A DNA stretch of 64,000 nucleotides from assembly GCA_040954595.2 (NCBI GenBank), contig CM082598.2, positions 7,889,097 through 7,953,096 of the forward strand, in the 5' to 3' direction. The stretch is from Balanoglossus misakiensis (taxonomy: Eukaryota > Animalia > Hemichordata). Below, piece by piece: positions 41,055 through 55,000 of the stretch. Each line of letters starts with the position of its first letter. Position 1 is the first letter of the stretch. Both the position numbers and the translations under genes were made by a program. The notes below the pieces were generated by a model. It saw only the letters and a list, made by a program, of their open reading frames with translations, was not told the DNA's origin and ran no database searches.

Positions 41055-42885
41055 ATGTTTGGAGTATCGCTCTTAGAAATTGAGATTCACCTGATGCAGT
41101 GGTTTAAAACCGATGGTGGCAAAGAAGTTTTCCGCGAACATGAAAACAACACATCTGCAAAAATGAAGGTATTGTAATACTGATATATTAAACGCACAAC
41201 TTAGAATATGTGCCATTTTGGCCACGTGCAGATTGCAGGCACCAATGTAATAGCTCTGCTTGGCAGAGCTGTGTGTCCTTACAGCGTCACTCCTGTATAT
41301 GAGCGAGACGCTGGGCGATCTCTTTTACAGTTATTTTCAACATCGACAAACATCAACGAGGAATGCCATATTATTTTTTTAAAAATAATATTTATTATCA
41401 TCATCATCATCATCATGATTCCAGCTATTAATTTACAGTACACGTTGTTGTCTTTTGCCAGAAAGGAATGCATTTCTCATATCACCTTACAAACTGCCAG
41501 AAATCCAAACAACACCTTTATGACAAAGCCTACAATGAAATGGTGGATGGTACAAATCAAAGATTATGTGACTGCATGATCCTCTCAAAGGATATTAATT
41601 TGCTGGGAGGGTGAATGTCTGTTGCTAAGCAACCAATGATGTGGGAGTGAAAATCTTTGTGATTTCTCAAAATGTAACTATTATTCTACATTAATATTTC
41701 CGTCAATTGGTTTTCAAGCATAATATATACACAACACAACACATTATATTGATATACCATGCCTAAAATATGAAATGGAAAAAATGCAATCAAATGAGTG
41801 GCCAAGCAAAGTTTTCAAAATTTTCCATTTAATTAACATTTTGTAATAGTTTATATACTTTAGGCTGACTGTTGGTTGATTCTGTCTGTCTTAAACATTC
41901 AAGGAAAATTTGTTTGTAAAGTCATTTCAATGCCTGTCTATTAAAGCCTGTATAGCTGCCAAATTTCACATTTTTCCACAATAAAATACTTCAAATATAT
42001 TCCCTATCCTCTAAATCCTCAACTTAAGCCATATGACTTGCATTTGTATCAGTTTGTCATCTTTTGGCGACGCATACCACGATAGCTGCGTACTGTTTGT
42101 ATAGAGGCTGATTAAATCGGTGCGGCACCATTTTAATACAAAAGTGTTCAAATTGCAACATGCAGTCATAATCGGGCATCGATAAGGTGTTCATGTATAC
42201 CTAAGTAAGCTTATTTAGATGGACTAATTAAAGTTGGAAATTAATGCTAAAAAGTGGTAGCTCTAGAGGCTTTCATTTCCACATCTTGCTGACAATAGAT
42301 GTAGATGTATTTGAAATATGTGCTTTGATTGGATTATATGACATGGATTTATTTGAAGGGTGTGTTTGGATTAGATTATGTGACCATTGGATTTTGGATT
42401 TGTGTTCAAGAAGTGTTTGGAAATATTGAAGGGATCTGATGAAAAATGTTCAGGCAATTATTTTACCTTGGTCTGGAGTTTTAAAAAGGGTGCGTGATTT
42501 TCATGTTGTTTGGGTATTGATACTATGTTCACTTCCAGTTCTATATTTGCAAATTGAGATATGTTTAAAATGTCCAGTATTCAGCTTATCAACTCTACCA
42601 GTATTTTCATTAATAACAATAAAATTTATGCGTTTATTGTTTGTGTAATTTGGATTATTAAGTCAAATGAGGGACAGTTCTTAATGTACACCTTGTAATG
42701 AATCAATCAACGACATAATAGATAGGTGAATATTTTTCCTCTATTTTGATGTGAACTTTGCTCAATCCTTTTTATCATTTCAACAGGAGATGAGACTTCA
42801 AGATGTCTGCAAAGATTTCAATGAGAGTGTATCAAATAAACCGGAAAAGCTCAACCAGAAAAGTGTGTATGATGACAGCAGCTGA
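41055..42885 (+). CDS. Possible 2-exon 70-aa ORF of unknown function (41055-41168, 42787-42885)
   Basis: AAG|gtattg donor and polypyrimidine-caacag acceptor join in phase 0; no recognisable domain. Confidence 0.25.
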
Positions 42886-44694
42886 TCACAGTCCCCAATA
42901 TATCCTTTGATGTCAATCTCTTGAAGTCACCTGTGCAAATTTAGCTGCAGTGACCAATTGGAGAGTTGACTTCTAGCAAATCACAGATTTTCAGTGGATG
43001 GCCATGGAAAATCAATGCCATTATACTGTCATTCAAAGCCACAGACTAAAACACACCATTTTACCATATATGGACATATGTAAATAAGGGGTGACTTTAT
43101 TTCAGAACTTGGGCTTTTGAAAATGACACACAAAATGCTCGCATTTTGGGCAATATATGCCATTTTTTTGCATTATTTTCATGAGTTTACTTTCAAACTA
43201 GGATTGGTTCATATATATGACCTAACTGATGGGTATCTACAAAACATATCATCAACCCCTGATTGTGATTGTATATTTAGATAATTAACAGGTGCGGCAC
43301 ATGTTTATTCAGTTGTCTGATGCAAGAGTACACAACTATCACGGTATCTGCACATGGGTGTTAGAAACTCCACAAATTCAAAATGGTATCACCTGTGGAC
43401 TTCAGATTAGAAAAAGATTGAAATACAAAATGTATGTTGTTGAATGAAATACGTGTAAAAAGTGGCAGCTATTGGAGCTTTAAAAGGGATCTGACTTTGC
43501 AAAGTTCTCTACTCCAAACACATGTAACTTTGTTTCTACTTAATTTATTTCTCTTGGTACAGCCAAAATTACCACAGCTTGACAGCTGGAAAGCAAAATT
43601 CATCTCAACATGTAATTCCTAAATGAGATTAATGTACAAGAGTGTTGTGTCATTTCAAAACATACATGTATTTCTGTTGTAAAAAGGATGCATTGAAATC
43701 ATGTACATGCCATTACAGAATTTTCAACCATTAGTCCTCAATTCTTACAAGAATATATTTCCTAATTGACATTTACCGTGTACATGGTGTAAGTGCTTTG
43801 TTTTTCATTGAAATATTGATCAGGGATTTGTATAATTTGTGTTGCATAACACAGATTACAAGGTGGAGTTTTGATGAAACTAATATCCATTTGGGAAAAG
43901 CATGTTGGTGAAAATATCCCAGCTGTCTTTTAGAGAATGTAAATCAGAGCAAAGTCTGTCAATTGTCTGTTTTATTTTTTGAAGTTATGGAAATTATGTA
44001 AAGAGCAATTTCAAACACAAGTGATTAAAAAAGGAGACTGTGATTACTTAAAGAGGATTAACAATTCTGGCTCATTTCATGTGTCGAGTTCAGAGTGGTA
44101 AAATCTCATGCAAAGCGTGTAATTACTGAAGTTATTTGTAACACACACTGAAAGAACTTTGTCAACTTGACTGAATTTCTGAGAAGATTCCTGTGATTTA
44201 TACTGTTGAACAAGCAAAAGGGTAGAACATATAGAGGCAGTTTTGTTTAAATTTGCACAATGAGGAGGCTTTCCCTTTCGTGACCTTCAGTATGCAAATT
44301 ACTTCAGCGCCTGGGTTTCAAATTATGCCTTTAAGTATGTATCCGTATGTGCCTCAAATAGTGTTTGAGAAAAATTATAGTCCTCCAAATTTTTAATTCT
44401 TTGACATGTTAAAGTGTGTGAGGTTTATTTTGGGATACAAAGAAGAAAAAAATGATCACTATCTTATTTTCATAAAGCAATGACAACTTTAATGGGACAT
44501 GAGTCGTAACTTATTAATTTTCCAGTTCTGTGTTTCATCTGCAGAATCTTGTTTAACTAAATGTACAGACTTGCTAGCAATATAGCTTCAGACTCATACT
44601 TGACTGCGTTGTGACACACCGATTTAAATTTGACTTTTGACACATTATTTTTAAAATTTCTGTTGCACTTTTTATTTTCAGAGAATAACAAATG

Positions 44695-44880
44695 TATCAT
44701 GGTTTGTACACTTCCAGAAAATACTTTGAAACACTGAAATCTATTCAATGGAAGAACCTAAATAAATGTCATTTCAAAAAAACTCATCTACACATCTATC
44801 GTGATTTGTACACTTCCAGAAAATACTTTGAAACACTGAAATCTATTCAATGGAAGAACCTCAACAAATGTCATTTAAAA
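44695..44880. repeat. Tandem duplication, ~103 bp x 2
   Basis: 'tttgtacacttccagaaaatactttgaaacactgaaatctattcaatggaagaacct' at ~44703 and ~44806. Confidence 0.9.
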
Positions 44881-45379
44881 GCTCAACTACTCCTGTAAAA
44901 CTACTGAAAAAAACTCAGCAGTCCATTGAATTTTGAGTGACCTTTTCTATTTTTCAGTTGTATTTAGCTGACTACAATTAGGATGTGTAATTCAATTAGA
45001 TGTTATTTTTTGGTTGTTTCAATAACATAGATGTTGTATCATGACGTTTGCAGTGTTCTGACAATATATTATTGAAAACCTGGTTGCATGAGTAAGATAG
45101 TCTGGAGATCAATGCTGAGCTCTCTTTTCACTTGAATGAAAATGTCAGCTTTTTCGGAATCGGCCTACATTACAATTATTTCTTATCACAAATTCCTGTG
45201 CTTGTCACATGTTTTATCGATGGTACTCAAAACAAGCGTTGGTCAAAAGTGCTCCGCTGATTTTAACAGTGTAACATGGGCAATGATATGAATACCCTAG
45301 GTTTTAATTCATAATAGTTGTATTCTATTGTACAAAACCAAACATAGACATCACAAGTATTTTTCCAAATTCAGCTTGA

Positions 45380-46792
45380 TTCATTGTGCTGATCAAATCA
45401 AAATTAGCAAAATCAGGTAGGGACACCATAACACACATTCCTACCAAATTTCAGCTCCATCGTATATGTAGTTAGGGAGAAGAAGTTTTTTACCAAAAAT
45501 TCTATTTTTAGATCTGATTTGCATATCCATGACCCCATCAAATCCAAATTAAAAAGTCAGGCACACATTCCAACCAAATTTCAGTTAAATATGCCAAGTT
45601 GATTTAAAGTGAACCGACACCTTCCTTGTAGAGAGATTCTAATAAAATCTTTGTGAAAAACATGAGTGATTTGCGTCATTTTTATTCACTTTCACTTATC
45701 GCGCAGCAGCGTAGCGTCGATCTCGATATGCAGTGTGACGTCACCAACTACGCACCAGTAGCAGACGCCACCGTGCGCACGCTAACGTACACAGACAGTT
45801 GACATGGCTGGCTCCCTCGCAAGTGGGAGCAAAAACAGAGTTGGCAAAAACACGGTGAAAGGTTTTATAAGAGTTCCCGACCCTTCGGTGGACAGTCAAA
45901 ATGCAAATCGACCTGAAAAATGGGTGTCAAACATTGGCATATTATTTCGGTGCTTTTTGCTGAGACAGATGATACTTTTGCTTCGTACAAAAATCCGACG
46001 ATATCTTCGTTTGAAAACTCAATATCGCGTGGTCGTTTTTGTCTTTGGAAATGGTTTTGCGATGCATTCACAGCTTGGGTACGCGACAAAAACAGTGTTC
46101 ACTAGTAGGCCTATTTCCGCCACACTACTTTCTTCCGATCAGAGTTTTGATTTACAGTGCCAAAAATTCGGTTTCGTCATATGGTGATCAAAGGAAATCA
46201 GGAGCCCCGGCTGTTTCGACAATTTTTGCTGTGTAGTTTTTTTTTTTTTTTTTTGCAATATGCTTCACGATATAGGGCCTAGTTGAACACGAACATTTCC
46301 GAAGCAAAAGTATCATCTGTCTCAGCAATAAGCACCGAAATAATATGCCAATGTTTGACACCCATTTTTCAGGTCGATTTGCATTTTGACTGTCCACCGA
46401 AGGGTCGGGAACTCTTATAAAACCTTTCACCGTGTTTTTGCCAACTCTGTTTTTGCTCCCACTTGCGAGGGAGCCAGCCATGTCAACTGTCTGTGTACGT
46501 TAGCGTGCGCACGGTGGCGTCTGCTACTGGTGCGTAGTTGGTGATGTCACACTGCATATCGAGATCGACGCTACGCTGCTGCGCGATAAGTGAAAGTGAA
46601 TAAAAACGACGCAAATCACTCATGTTTTTCACAAAGATTTTATTAGAATCTCTCTACAAGGAAGGTGTCGGTTCACTTTAAAGAAGAAGATTGAAATACC
46701 AAAAGTTGACGAACGACGGATGGATGATGGACGGACACTTATCAACCTACTGCTACAGCTCGGCTGACACAAGTGACAGCAGACCTACAAAA
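45380..46792 (+). mobile_element. HINE-like element interrupted by the Kolobok-type MITE
   Basis: 'cctaccaaatttcag...gaagaag' body before the TTAA; gacgaacgacggatggatgatggacggac tract and stem after it. Confidence 0.45.
45608..46677. mobile_element. Kolobok-type palindromic MITE with ~378-bp near-perfect TIRs
   Basis: TTAA|AGTGAACCGACACC...GGTGTCGGTTCACT|TTAA; arms 45608-~45985 and ~46300-46677 differ at only a few positions; each arm contains the same ORF start MAGSLASGSKNR. Confidence 0.85.
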
Positions 46793-47829
46793 ACTGTCTG
46801 AGGCATTGTCAGACTGGTTAGGGAGTCGTCATGATTTATGGCCTTCATCACGGATACCACAACAGCCTTCCATTTCGTGACTCGCCAAGAAGAAATCAAA
46901 GACCGTTGATAACACATCAAAATGCGTTGCCCTACTCTCCTTCATTAGAAATTGCAACTTTGAAATTTCACATTGGATCCATGTCTTCTCTTAAGTAGTT
47001 GGGGCAATAAAATCAAAATTTCCGCAAACAGTGTTATCCCCCCCCCCCCTCTGCGGACAGTGTTATCCTCCCCTCTCCCTGGGGCATATTACAACCCCTG
47101 ATGCTTAAAGGAATTTAAAATAAATACATAAAGAGTTGGCTCGATGAACTGTACTGCGATATTGTCTGTACATTTCTTCTTTTTCATTTTAAATACAAAT
47201 AAGGTGACCATCAATACAAGGTGGAAATTTGAGTTTGCAATGATGGAAGTGGTTGTGAAGATGTGTCATCAAGTGTGTCGCAGTCAGCCCGAACGCAGGT
47301 CAGCAATTTCACTGTAATTGCCAAGGTTTCTAGTTCTGGTGACGCCCTCAACGTTCTGTCATACACGCAACTGAAAGTGGCATGCGAAAGTCCCGCGCTT
47401 GTTTAATGCCAAGTTAACAAGCAAGGACGGCAGTTGAATGACTCAAATTGATAAAATGGCCAAAATCACATCTGAACTACACATCTGTGTGGTTTTTTGT
47501 TGGAAAAACATGTTTTCTTTGCAGAAAATAGCGACTTACAGAATGACCCCAGAACAACTAAAATCAAAACATGCCGTACTTCAGGGTTTTTACGGACTGC
47601 CGCACTTTTATTTAAAAAGAATTTTTAAGTTTAGATATAATTTTCACTAAAATCGATATATTGTGTAACAAAATTAAAACAAATCACGATGCAACCCCCA
47701 GAGGTCTTCGCTCAAGCGCTCGATCCTTTTAAATTCAGCCCGGATGGTGACGCAACAGCCTCAGTGTAGCTCATAGCTGTGCACGTAATTGTATGGAAAG
47801 CCATAACTGCCTTAAGTGAACTGAACTCA

Positions 47830-49072
47830 TGTTCTCTTGTGTATTTAACATGTTGTCTTGTACATTTAATATGTTGTCTTGTGCATTTCATATATGGTCC
47901 TGTGCATTTAACATGTTGTCTTGTGCATTTCATATATGGTCCTGCGCATTTAACATATTGTCTTGTGCATTTTATATTGTCTTGTGCATTTAACATGTTT
48001 TCTTGTGCATTTATGTATGCTGTCTTGTACATTTAACATGTTGTCCTGTGCATTTCTATATGTTGTCTTGTCCATTCATATACGTTGTCTTGTGCATTTC
48101 TATATGTTGTTGTGTGACTTTAATATGTTGTCCTGTTCATTTCTATATGTTGTCTTATTTATATACGTTGTCTTGTGCATTTCTATATGTTGTTGTGTGA
48201 CTTTAATATGTTGTCCTGTTCATTTCTATATGTTGTCTTGTTTATTTATATACGTTGTCTTGTGCATTTCTATATGTTGTCTTGTCCATTCATATATGTT
48301 GTGGTGTGCCTTTAACATGTTGTCCTGTTCATTTTTATATGTTGTCTTGTCCATTCATATACGTTGTCTTGTCCATTCATATATGTTGTGGTGTGCCTTT
48401 AACATGTTGTCCTGTTTATTTCTATATGTTGTCTTGTCCATTCATATATGTTGTGGTGTGCCTTTAACATGTTTTCCTGTGCATTTCTATATGTTGTCTT
48501 GTCCATTCATATACGTTGTCTTGTCCATTCATATTGGTTGTCTTGTCCATTCCTAGACATTGTCTTGTGCATTTCTATATGTTGGTGTGCCTTTAACATG
48601 TTTTCCTGTTCATTTCTATATGTTGTCGTGTGCCTTTAACATGTTGTCCTGTTCGTTTCTATATGTTGTCTTGTCCATTCATATACATTGTCTTGTGCAT
48701 TTCTATATGTTGTCTTGTCCATTCATATACGTTGTCTTGTCCATTCATATACATTGTCTTGTACATTTCTATATGTTTTCGTGTGCCTTTTACATGTTGT
48801 CCTGTTCATTTCTATATGTTGTCTTGTTTATTTATATACGTTGTCTTGTGCATTTCTATATGTTGTCTTGTCCATTTATATATGTTGTCCTGTTCATTTC
48901 TATATGTTGTCTTGTTTATTTATATACGTTGTCCTGTTCATTTCTATATGTTGTCTTGTCCATTTATATATGTTGTCTTGTGCATTTCTATATGTTGTCT
49001 TGTCCATTTATATACGTTGTCTTGTCCATTCATATTGGTTGTCTTGTCCATTCATATACGTTGTCTTGTGCT
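47830..49072 (+). repeat. Left subterminal array of ~21-bp units (~59 units)
   Basis: Variants of tgtgcatttaacatgttgtct / tgtgcatttctatatgttgtct / tgtccattcatatacgttgtct. Confidence 0.95.
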
Positions 49073-49183
49073 TGTGGTGTTTTATAATGATTATCAAAGT
49101 ATATACCATAATGCAACAGTATGAGCATGCTCAGTAGATTTTTACATAATAACACGCAAGAAAGATAGCGTTGAAGAGGTATC

Positions 49184-50542
49184 ATGGCATCTATGAGAGA
49201 CATTCTAGAAAGTCTACAAATGGGGAATCTCAGTGACAACTTTGAGAGTGAAAAGGTAACACCAGAATTAGTGTGTAAACTTTCTGTGCCAGAACTGGAG
49301 GAGCTTGGTCTTCAAAACAGGGCAGACATGATGGCATTACGTATTGCGTGCACCACAAGTGGAGGGGAAACTCCAACAAAAGCCCATGGATTATATGGTG
49401 GTGCTCCAGAATTTGTCATTCCCAAATGCATCTTAGAACATTTTTTTGATGAAGGATTCACAGTTACTGAAGTGGCATCTATGTTATCTGTTTCGGAGCG
49501 TACTATTTACCGCAGAATGATGCATTATGGGCTGAGTAAGATGAATTTCTCTGATATCTCTGATGGTGACCTGGATGATAATGTACAGCAACTGACAGTG
49601 GAATTCCCTTATTGTGGTGAAAATATGATCAAGTATATGTTGCAAGAAAAGGGAATTAAAGTCCAACGGATGAGGCTCCGTGATAGTATCCACAGGGTAG
49701 ATGCTGAGGGTGTTAATTCCAGAAGAAAAGGTCGTTTACAAAGACGTGTCTACAATGTGAAGGGACCAAATCACTTATGGCATATTGATACCAACCATAA
49801 GTTAATTAGATGGCATTTTGTGATATTTGGGGGCATTGATGGCTTCAGTAGACTACCTGTCATCCTATCCTGCAGCAACAACAATAAGGCACCCACATTG
49901 CTGGAATACTTCAAGTCCGGTGTTGAGAATTTTGGTCTTCCCAGTCGTGTAAGGTCTGACATGGGTCGTGAAAATATACTGATAGCTGAGTATATGATTG
50001 AGAGACGGGGACCCAACAGGGGAAGCATGATTACAGGCAAAAGTGTGCATAATCAGAGGATTGAACGATTATGGAAAGATGTGTATGAAGGTGTTCTGAG
50101 CCTTTACTACCAACTATTTTACTTCATGGAAGAAAGAGGTGTACTTGACCCACTGAATGTACTGCACATTGCAGCTCTTCACTATGTGTTCATGCCTAAA
50201 ATAAATGAAAAGTTAGAAATCTGGAGGAAAGCTTGGGCTCGACATCGTATGCGTACAACAAAGACATCACCTCTGCGTTTGTGGATATCTGGACAGATGA
50301 ATGATCCAGTTGGTATTGATGACTCTGACATTGGTTTGTATGGAGTAGAGGGTGTCATCAATGATGATTCAGAGGAGACAGACTCGCGACCAATCATCGA
50401 GCCACCATCATTTCAAATGGGTCAACAGTGTATGGATGCACTATCTCAGCACATATTACCAAACTGGACATCAGACAACTATGGCATTGACATTTATAAT
50501 ATAGCAGTTCAAATCATACAGGACAATGCTGATCAAAATTAG
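49184..50542 (+). CDS. IS3EU DDE transposase (452 aa): N-terminal SAM-like domain, HTH, integrase core
   Basis: Intact single ORF. SAM-like [38 protein letters not shown]; [22 protein letters not shown]; catalytic [20 protein letters not shown]. Confidence 0.93.
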   Translation: MASMRDILESLQMGNLSDNFESEKVTPELVCKLSVPELEELGLQNRADMMALRIACTTSGGETPTKAHGLYGGAPEFVIPKCILEHFFDEGFTVTEVASMLSVSERTIYRRMMHYGLSKMNFSDISDGDLDDNVQQLTVEFPYCGENMIKYMLQEKGIKVQRMRLRDSIHRVDAEGVNSRRKGRLQRRVYNVKGPNHLWHIDTNHKLIRWHFVIFGGIDGFSRLPVILSCSNNNKAPTLLEYFKSGVENFGLPSRVRSDMGRENILIAEYMIERRGPNRGSMITGKSVHNQRIERLWKDVYEGVLSLYYQLFYFMEERGVLDPLNVLHIAALHYVFMPKINEKLEIWRKAWARHRMRTTKTSPLRLWISGQMNDPVGIDDSDIGLYGVEGVINDDSEETDSRPIIEPPSFQMGQQCMDALSQHILPNWTSDNYGIDIYNIAVQIIQDNADQN

Positions 50543-51337
50543 TCAATAATTTTCAAAGTGCTTAAGTCGCACATATTTGACGGATTAAAAGAAATGACAA
50601 TACTTTCAATTTTACTGATCATGTGGATTTTTGGTTTCTCATTTGTATGTACATGTATAATGACAATCTGTAAAAAATATAGGGGTCACCACGCTTGTTA
50701 TCGAAATACAAGGCCGCGAATTTAGTCCCTAATGCTACGGAAAAAGATGAATACATGCAGTTTTTCAGTTTGTTCTGTGCATACATCATTAAGAGCATTT
50801 GTACACAGAGCAGTAAAAGTTTTAAATAATATACCTTCACAGGCGAAACTGTCCCAAATACTTTTGTTTCACTCATTTCACTCTTTCCGATACTATTGTT
50901 TTTTCTTATTACAGTCTCTAATGAATATGCTATCATTTCTTCACATTTGGGAATAAAACAGCTTTAAGTACACATTTTTAATAGAGAACAATGACAACTT
51001 TATTGACCATTAAATCATGACCGATAAAAGAAACTGAACATCTCAGACAGTAAACATTTACCAACAGCTAACAGCTACTTCTAGAAGCTCTACAGATTCT
51101 ACTATATTGTATTATATTCTTTCTACTTTAGACTGATATTGATTTTCATCTGTCAGCCAAATCAGTATTACCGGTAAGATGTATGTTTAATAGATTAAAA
51201 TGAAATAACATGATACATACCATGGTCACACTGGTAAAAATGTGAAACGTTTCATATGGGGTCACACATACACCATTAAGACGTTTCAGAAACATCTCAG
51301 ATCAAATACTGGCGTAAATTATGCGTAAACGGTTTAA

Positions 51338-51683
51338 AGGGACAAAGTCTCTCTCTCGCTGCCCTATTCCCATTTAATTATGTTTAATACAAGACACTGT
51401 TTATGTTAATGTAGTAAATGTGGATATATAATCAACGTTCAACCACACACACCTTCCATCTCACTTGTAGACACGAGAGTGAAAAAAACTCGCCAAATGA
51501 ATAATTGTTCTCAACCATTTTTTTCATTTTGAGCGAGTTTTTACTCTCATATCATACAAGCAGAATGGAAGGTGTGTGTGGTTGAACAGTCATTCACTAC
51601 ATATACACATGTATATTAACATAAACAGTGTCTTGTATCAAACATAATGCAAACAGGGCAGTGAGAGAGATAGGCCGTGCACA
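51338..51683. mobile_element. Kolobok-type palindromic MITE in the intergenic region of the IS3EU element
   Basis: TTAA|AGGGACAAAGTC..., internally palindromic, ends ...gcaca|TTAA. Confidence 0.7.
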
Positions 51684-52001
51684 TTAATAAAAAAATGGTG
51701 TCAAGGACACTGTGGTCCCATTTGAGGATTACGCAGAAATAGGTAAGTATACACCAGATGATCAAAAGGTGTAACCTCACACATGGTAAAATTTGAGACA
51801 CTATTTGTGAACACAGGGTAAAATTTGCCTATGGTAAACAGAGAACATTAATCCTTACAGTTTCCTTGTGTCCACATAAGCAAAGTTTATGTATAGGCGC
51901 TGAGCCTCGGGGGGGGGGGGGGGGGGGGGGGGGGCATAGACAATGGGTTGAGGAGAGGTGTTAATCCTTACACTGGCTCAGGTCTGAGAAATGAGTGCAT
52001 A

Positions 52002-55000
52002 TCAAACATTACCAAAAAACCTATTGGAAAAAGCTAAATCATACAATGCAAACAATTGTGCTGCCGATGGTAATGGATGTGCAGCTGTTGGTCTCGGCAA
52101 TGATAATAAATTTATACATGTGTTTGCAGTCGGCAAAAACGACTGCTGCACGGGAACAAATGTTATTGCCGGACTTATGCAGAAACCGAGCACTGGCTCT
52201 TCTTCAGCCCCTGTCACAAACTGGAGGATATCAGTAAGAGTGACAGATCCTCTTCTCCCACCTGAAACAGATTAAAGACAAGAGTATAAAAACTCACCAA
52301 AATAAATAATCGGTCTCTACCATTTATTCATTTTGGGCAAATTTTTACTCTCATATCATACAAGCGGAATGGAAGGTGTGGTTAAGGTTGAACGTTGATT
52401 CACTATATATCCACATGTACATTAACATAAACGGTATCTTGTATCAAACATAATAAATAGGAAAAGGACCGGGAGAGAGACTATTGTCCCTTTAATGATT
52501 ATGATTGGGGATAGGATACATATGATACACAGCTAAAGATTGACAGACCTGCACCAGGTCTGTCACATGCATACCTGACAGGACAGGTCTGCTGCAGGTC
52601 TGAGAGGACATAATACATGGTGCAGGTCTAACAGGTCTGACCCGCACCAGGTCTGATCCAGCAGACTGCTGCAGGTTTGCGTCCATATCGCTGCACATGA
52701 CCTGTTGGTCAGACATGCACCAGACCTGGTAAAATTTAGTTGTGTTGTACCCATGGAATGTTAATTTTCAAAAGCAGTTTCTGTATACATATAATTCAAA
52801 CTGTCACTAAAGTGCAAAAGACAGGTGGCAATGAATTGATTAGGGTGCAGTACAAGTAATTGAGATATCTGGCTCAAATTTGTCACAATGCAAGCTGTCG
52901 TATTGCTCTTTTAAATTAAGTGTGTCTCTGAATTTCTTGGAAGATTTTGTCATAAAAATAATTTTAGAAGGTTTAAATATCCAAGACAACCTTTGGAAAA
53001 TCATGACTAAAGCTTGTACTCACACAAATTTGTGGCATTGCAACACAACATAGGCAAAAACTTACTTTTGAAGCATTATGCAAATTACCTTTCATGTGAT
53101 AGTCATGTAAACAATGGTGACAGTCTGGTAACCACAATTTCCCCTATATATAGTTTTTTTTAGCAAATATATAATTTATGGGGGTTCTGAGCTCATTAAC
53201 CATTAAGGAATTGTTAGATTAAAAATGTCAATACATGTACTTGAGTTTTGAGATTCTAGCAAGACATACGAAAACGAGTCTGAGGGTGAGCATGTACTGT
53301 GCACACAGACCGAGATTACACGTTCGGTGACTGATAAGTTTATTAATATCCATACACTTTCTCGTTCCATGACGCGAACAACCTGCCATGCGTTGTTGAC
53401 CCTCCGCCTTGTTTTGAACTATTCTCACGCCTTGTTCGAGAATCTCGTTCCGGATCTCAAAAACAGAGTATTCCTTGTACTGCACCCAATCCTAACGATG
53501 CCAAGTCAGTTGAAAGGGGTTTGATTTCCAGTGTGCGTAGAATTCTGGCACCCAGGCCTGTTAGGCTGCCAAATTTGCAAAATTTAATCTTGGATATGCA
53601 GGAAACACAACACAACACATCCATATACAATCAAAATGTTCAACTTACTTGCGACTTCACGTAGGTATTTGATAAATACTGCATACACTTCACCCTCAAA
53701 GCGTCTGTTATTAGAACCTGCATCTGCGAACTCCGGTACCAGTAGGGATTTGATTTTATTCATCGTCAATGTACTGGCTGTATTTTGTTGGAATAGGTAT
53801 TGAAACACAGGTAGGTCCAAACATAACTGGTAATGCAAAGAAAACCAATGATGACATAGTCCTTGCTGCTTCAATGTTGTTAAAATCTATGGTACTCCAT
53901 TATTATTATTATTGAAAAATAATGATGACTTTGTACATAACAATTGTACACAGATCATCACAGATCAAATGCCATTATTAACAAATAATTTCATACCAAG
54001 TTTAGATGACAATAATCTAAGAATTGGCATTCCAGTACAACTGAATTGTGACACATTTAGTCATTTGTTTTCTGAAGTAACATTTGGAAATATTGCAATG
54101 TGCATCAGAGCAAATTACTAGGGTATTACTGATAGATATGGCAGAGGAAATCTTCCTGTTTCAGTGGACCTACCTGATATATCCCTAAAGTGCTCAATCC
54201 ATCCTTCAGCTTCATGATACATAATGGTATCTCTTCACCTTCAGAACCTTTAAACAACCATCGTAGTACATCTTCACTCAAAAACTGAGCTAGCTTTCCG
54301 TTCTGTATCATACTTAGAGCTGTAAGAAAAACTTATTATCATTACTCGTTTTATCTTTAAAGAAAGAATTACAGGAGTTTTACCATACCATCCTAACCCT
54401 AATCTGCTCCTTGCAGTCATATATTTCTGTGAATATGGAAAGGCTTTTATTTTTAGACTTGAGGTGTTCGGCACCCCGAAATCGCTGACTTCTGAACATT
54501 TAATCTTGGGAATAAAAATTGGAGGTCAACCTGCTAGATTTTTGGAAAAAGCACCCTCTATCTAGCACCTCTTTAAAGGGACAAAGTCTCTCTCTCGCTG
54601 CCCTTTTTCCATTACCTTTTTTGCTAGTCTTTGTAGATCTTTGTGAAACGGCTTCACAAAGAAGTTTTTTTGGAAGGTCATCATATTTTTTACCATTATA
54701 GAATCTTGTTCAGTATGATAATCACATATCAATACAACTATGGTATTAAATTAAACACAGATTTGCCTAAAAATCTACTTTTATGTAATTTTTTACCATT
54801 TCTAGATAAACTTTTTTAAACCTGGTAGATCCTTGTTTGAAATATATGAAATCAATTTAAGGGGGGAAAATGGTGGGTCACCGCGCAAATTGTTGAGACA
54901 CAGGAAGTACGTAAAACATGGCTTTCAGGCTGTAATCTGATTGGCCTGACCACAACATGAGGTTCAATGGGGAGCTTCTATGGGAGTTGGTCAGATGTAG

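Noticed and set aside
47712-49137. Cys/hydrophobic-rich ORFs (also 60312-61672)
   Set aside because: Translations of the 21-bp subterminal arrays in several frames; no independent coding signal.
49184-50542. Retroviral or LTR-retrotransposon integrase
   Set aside because: No RT, gag or LTRs nearby; flanked by TIRs and a 6-bp TSD typical of IS3EU.
51909-51934. 26-G run between the convergent genes (possible G-quadruplex terminator)
   Set aside because: Similar G/C homopolymers are scattered through the window and their length is error-prone; no specific evidence.
51338-52491. HECT catalytic exon captured inside a single Kolobok MITE (TTAA ends at 51334 and 52492)
   Set aside because: 51338-51683 is already a self-contained palindromic MITE, and 52280-52491 is a separate truncated copy; two insertions are more parsimonious.
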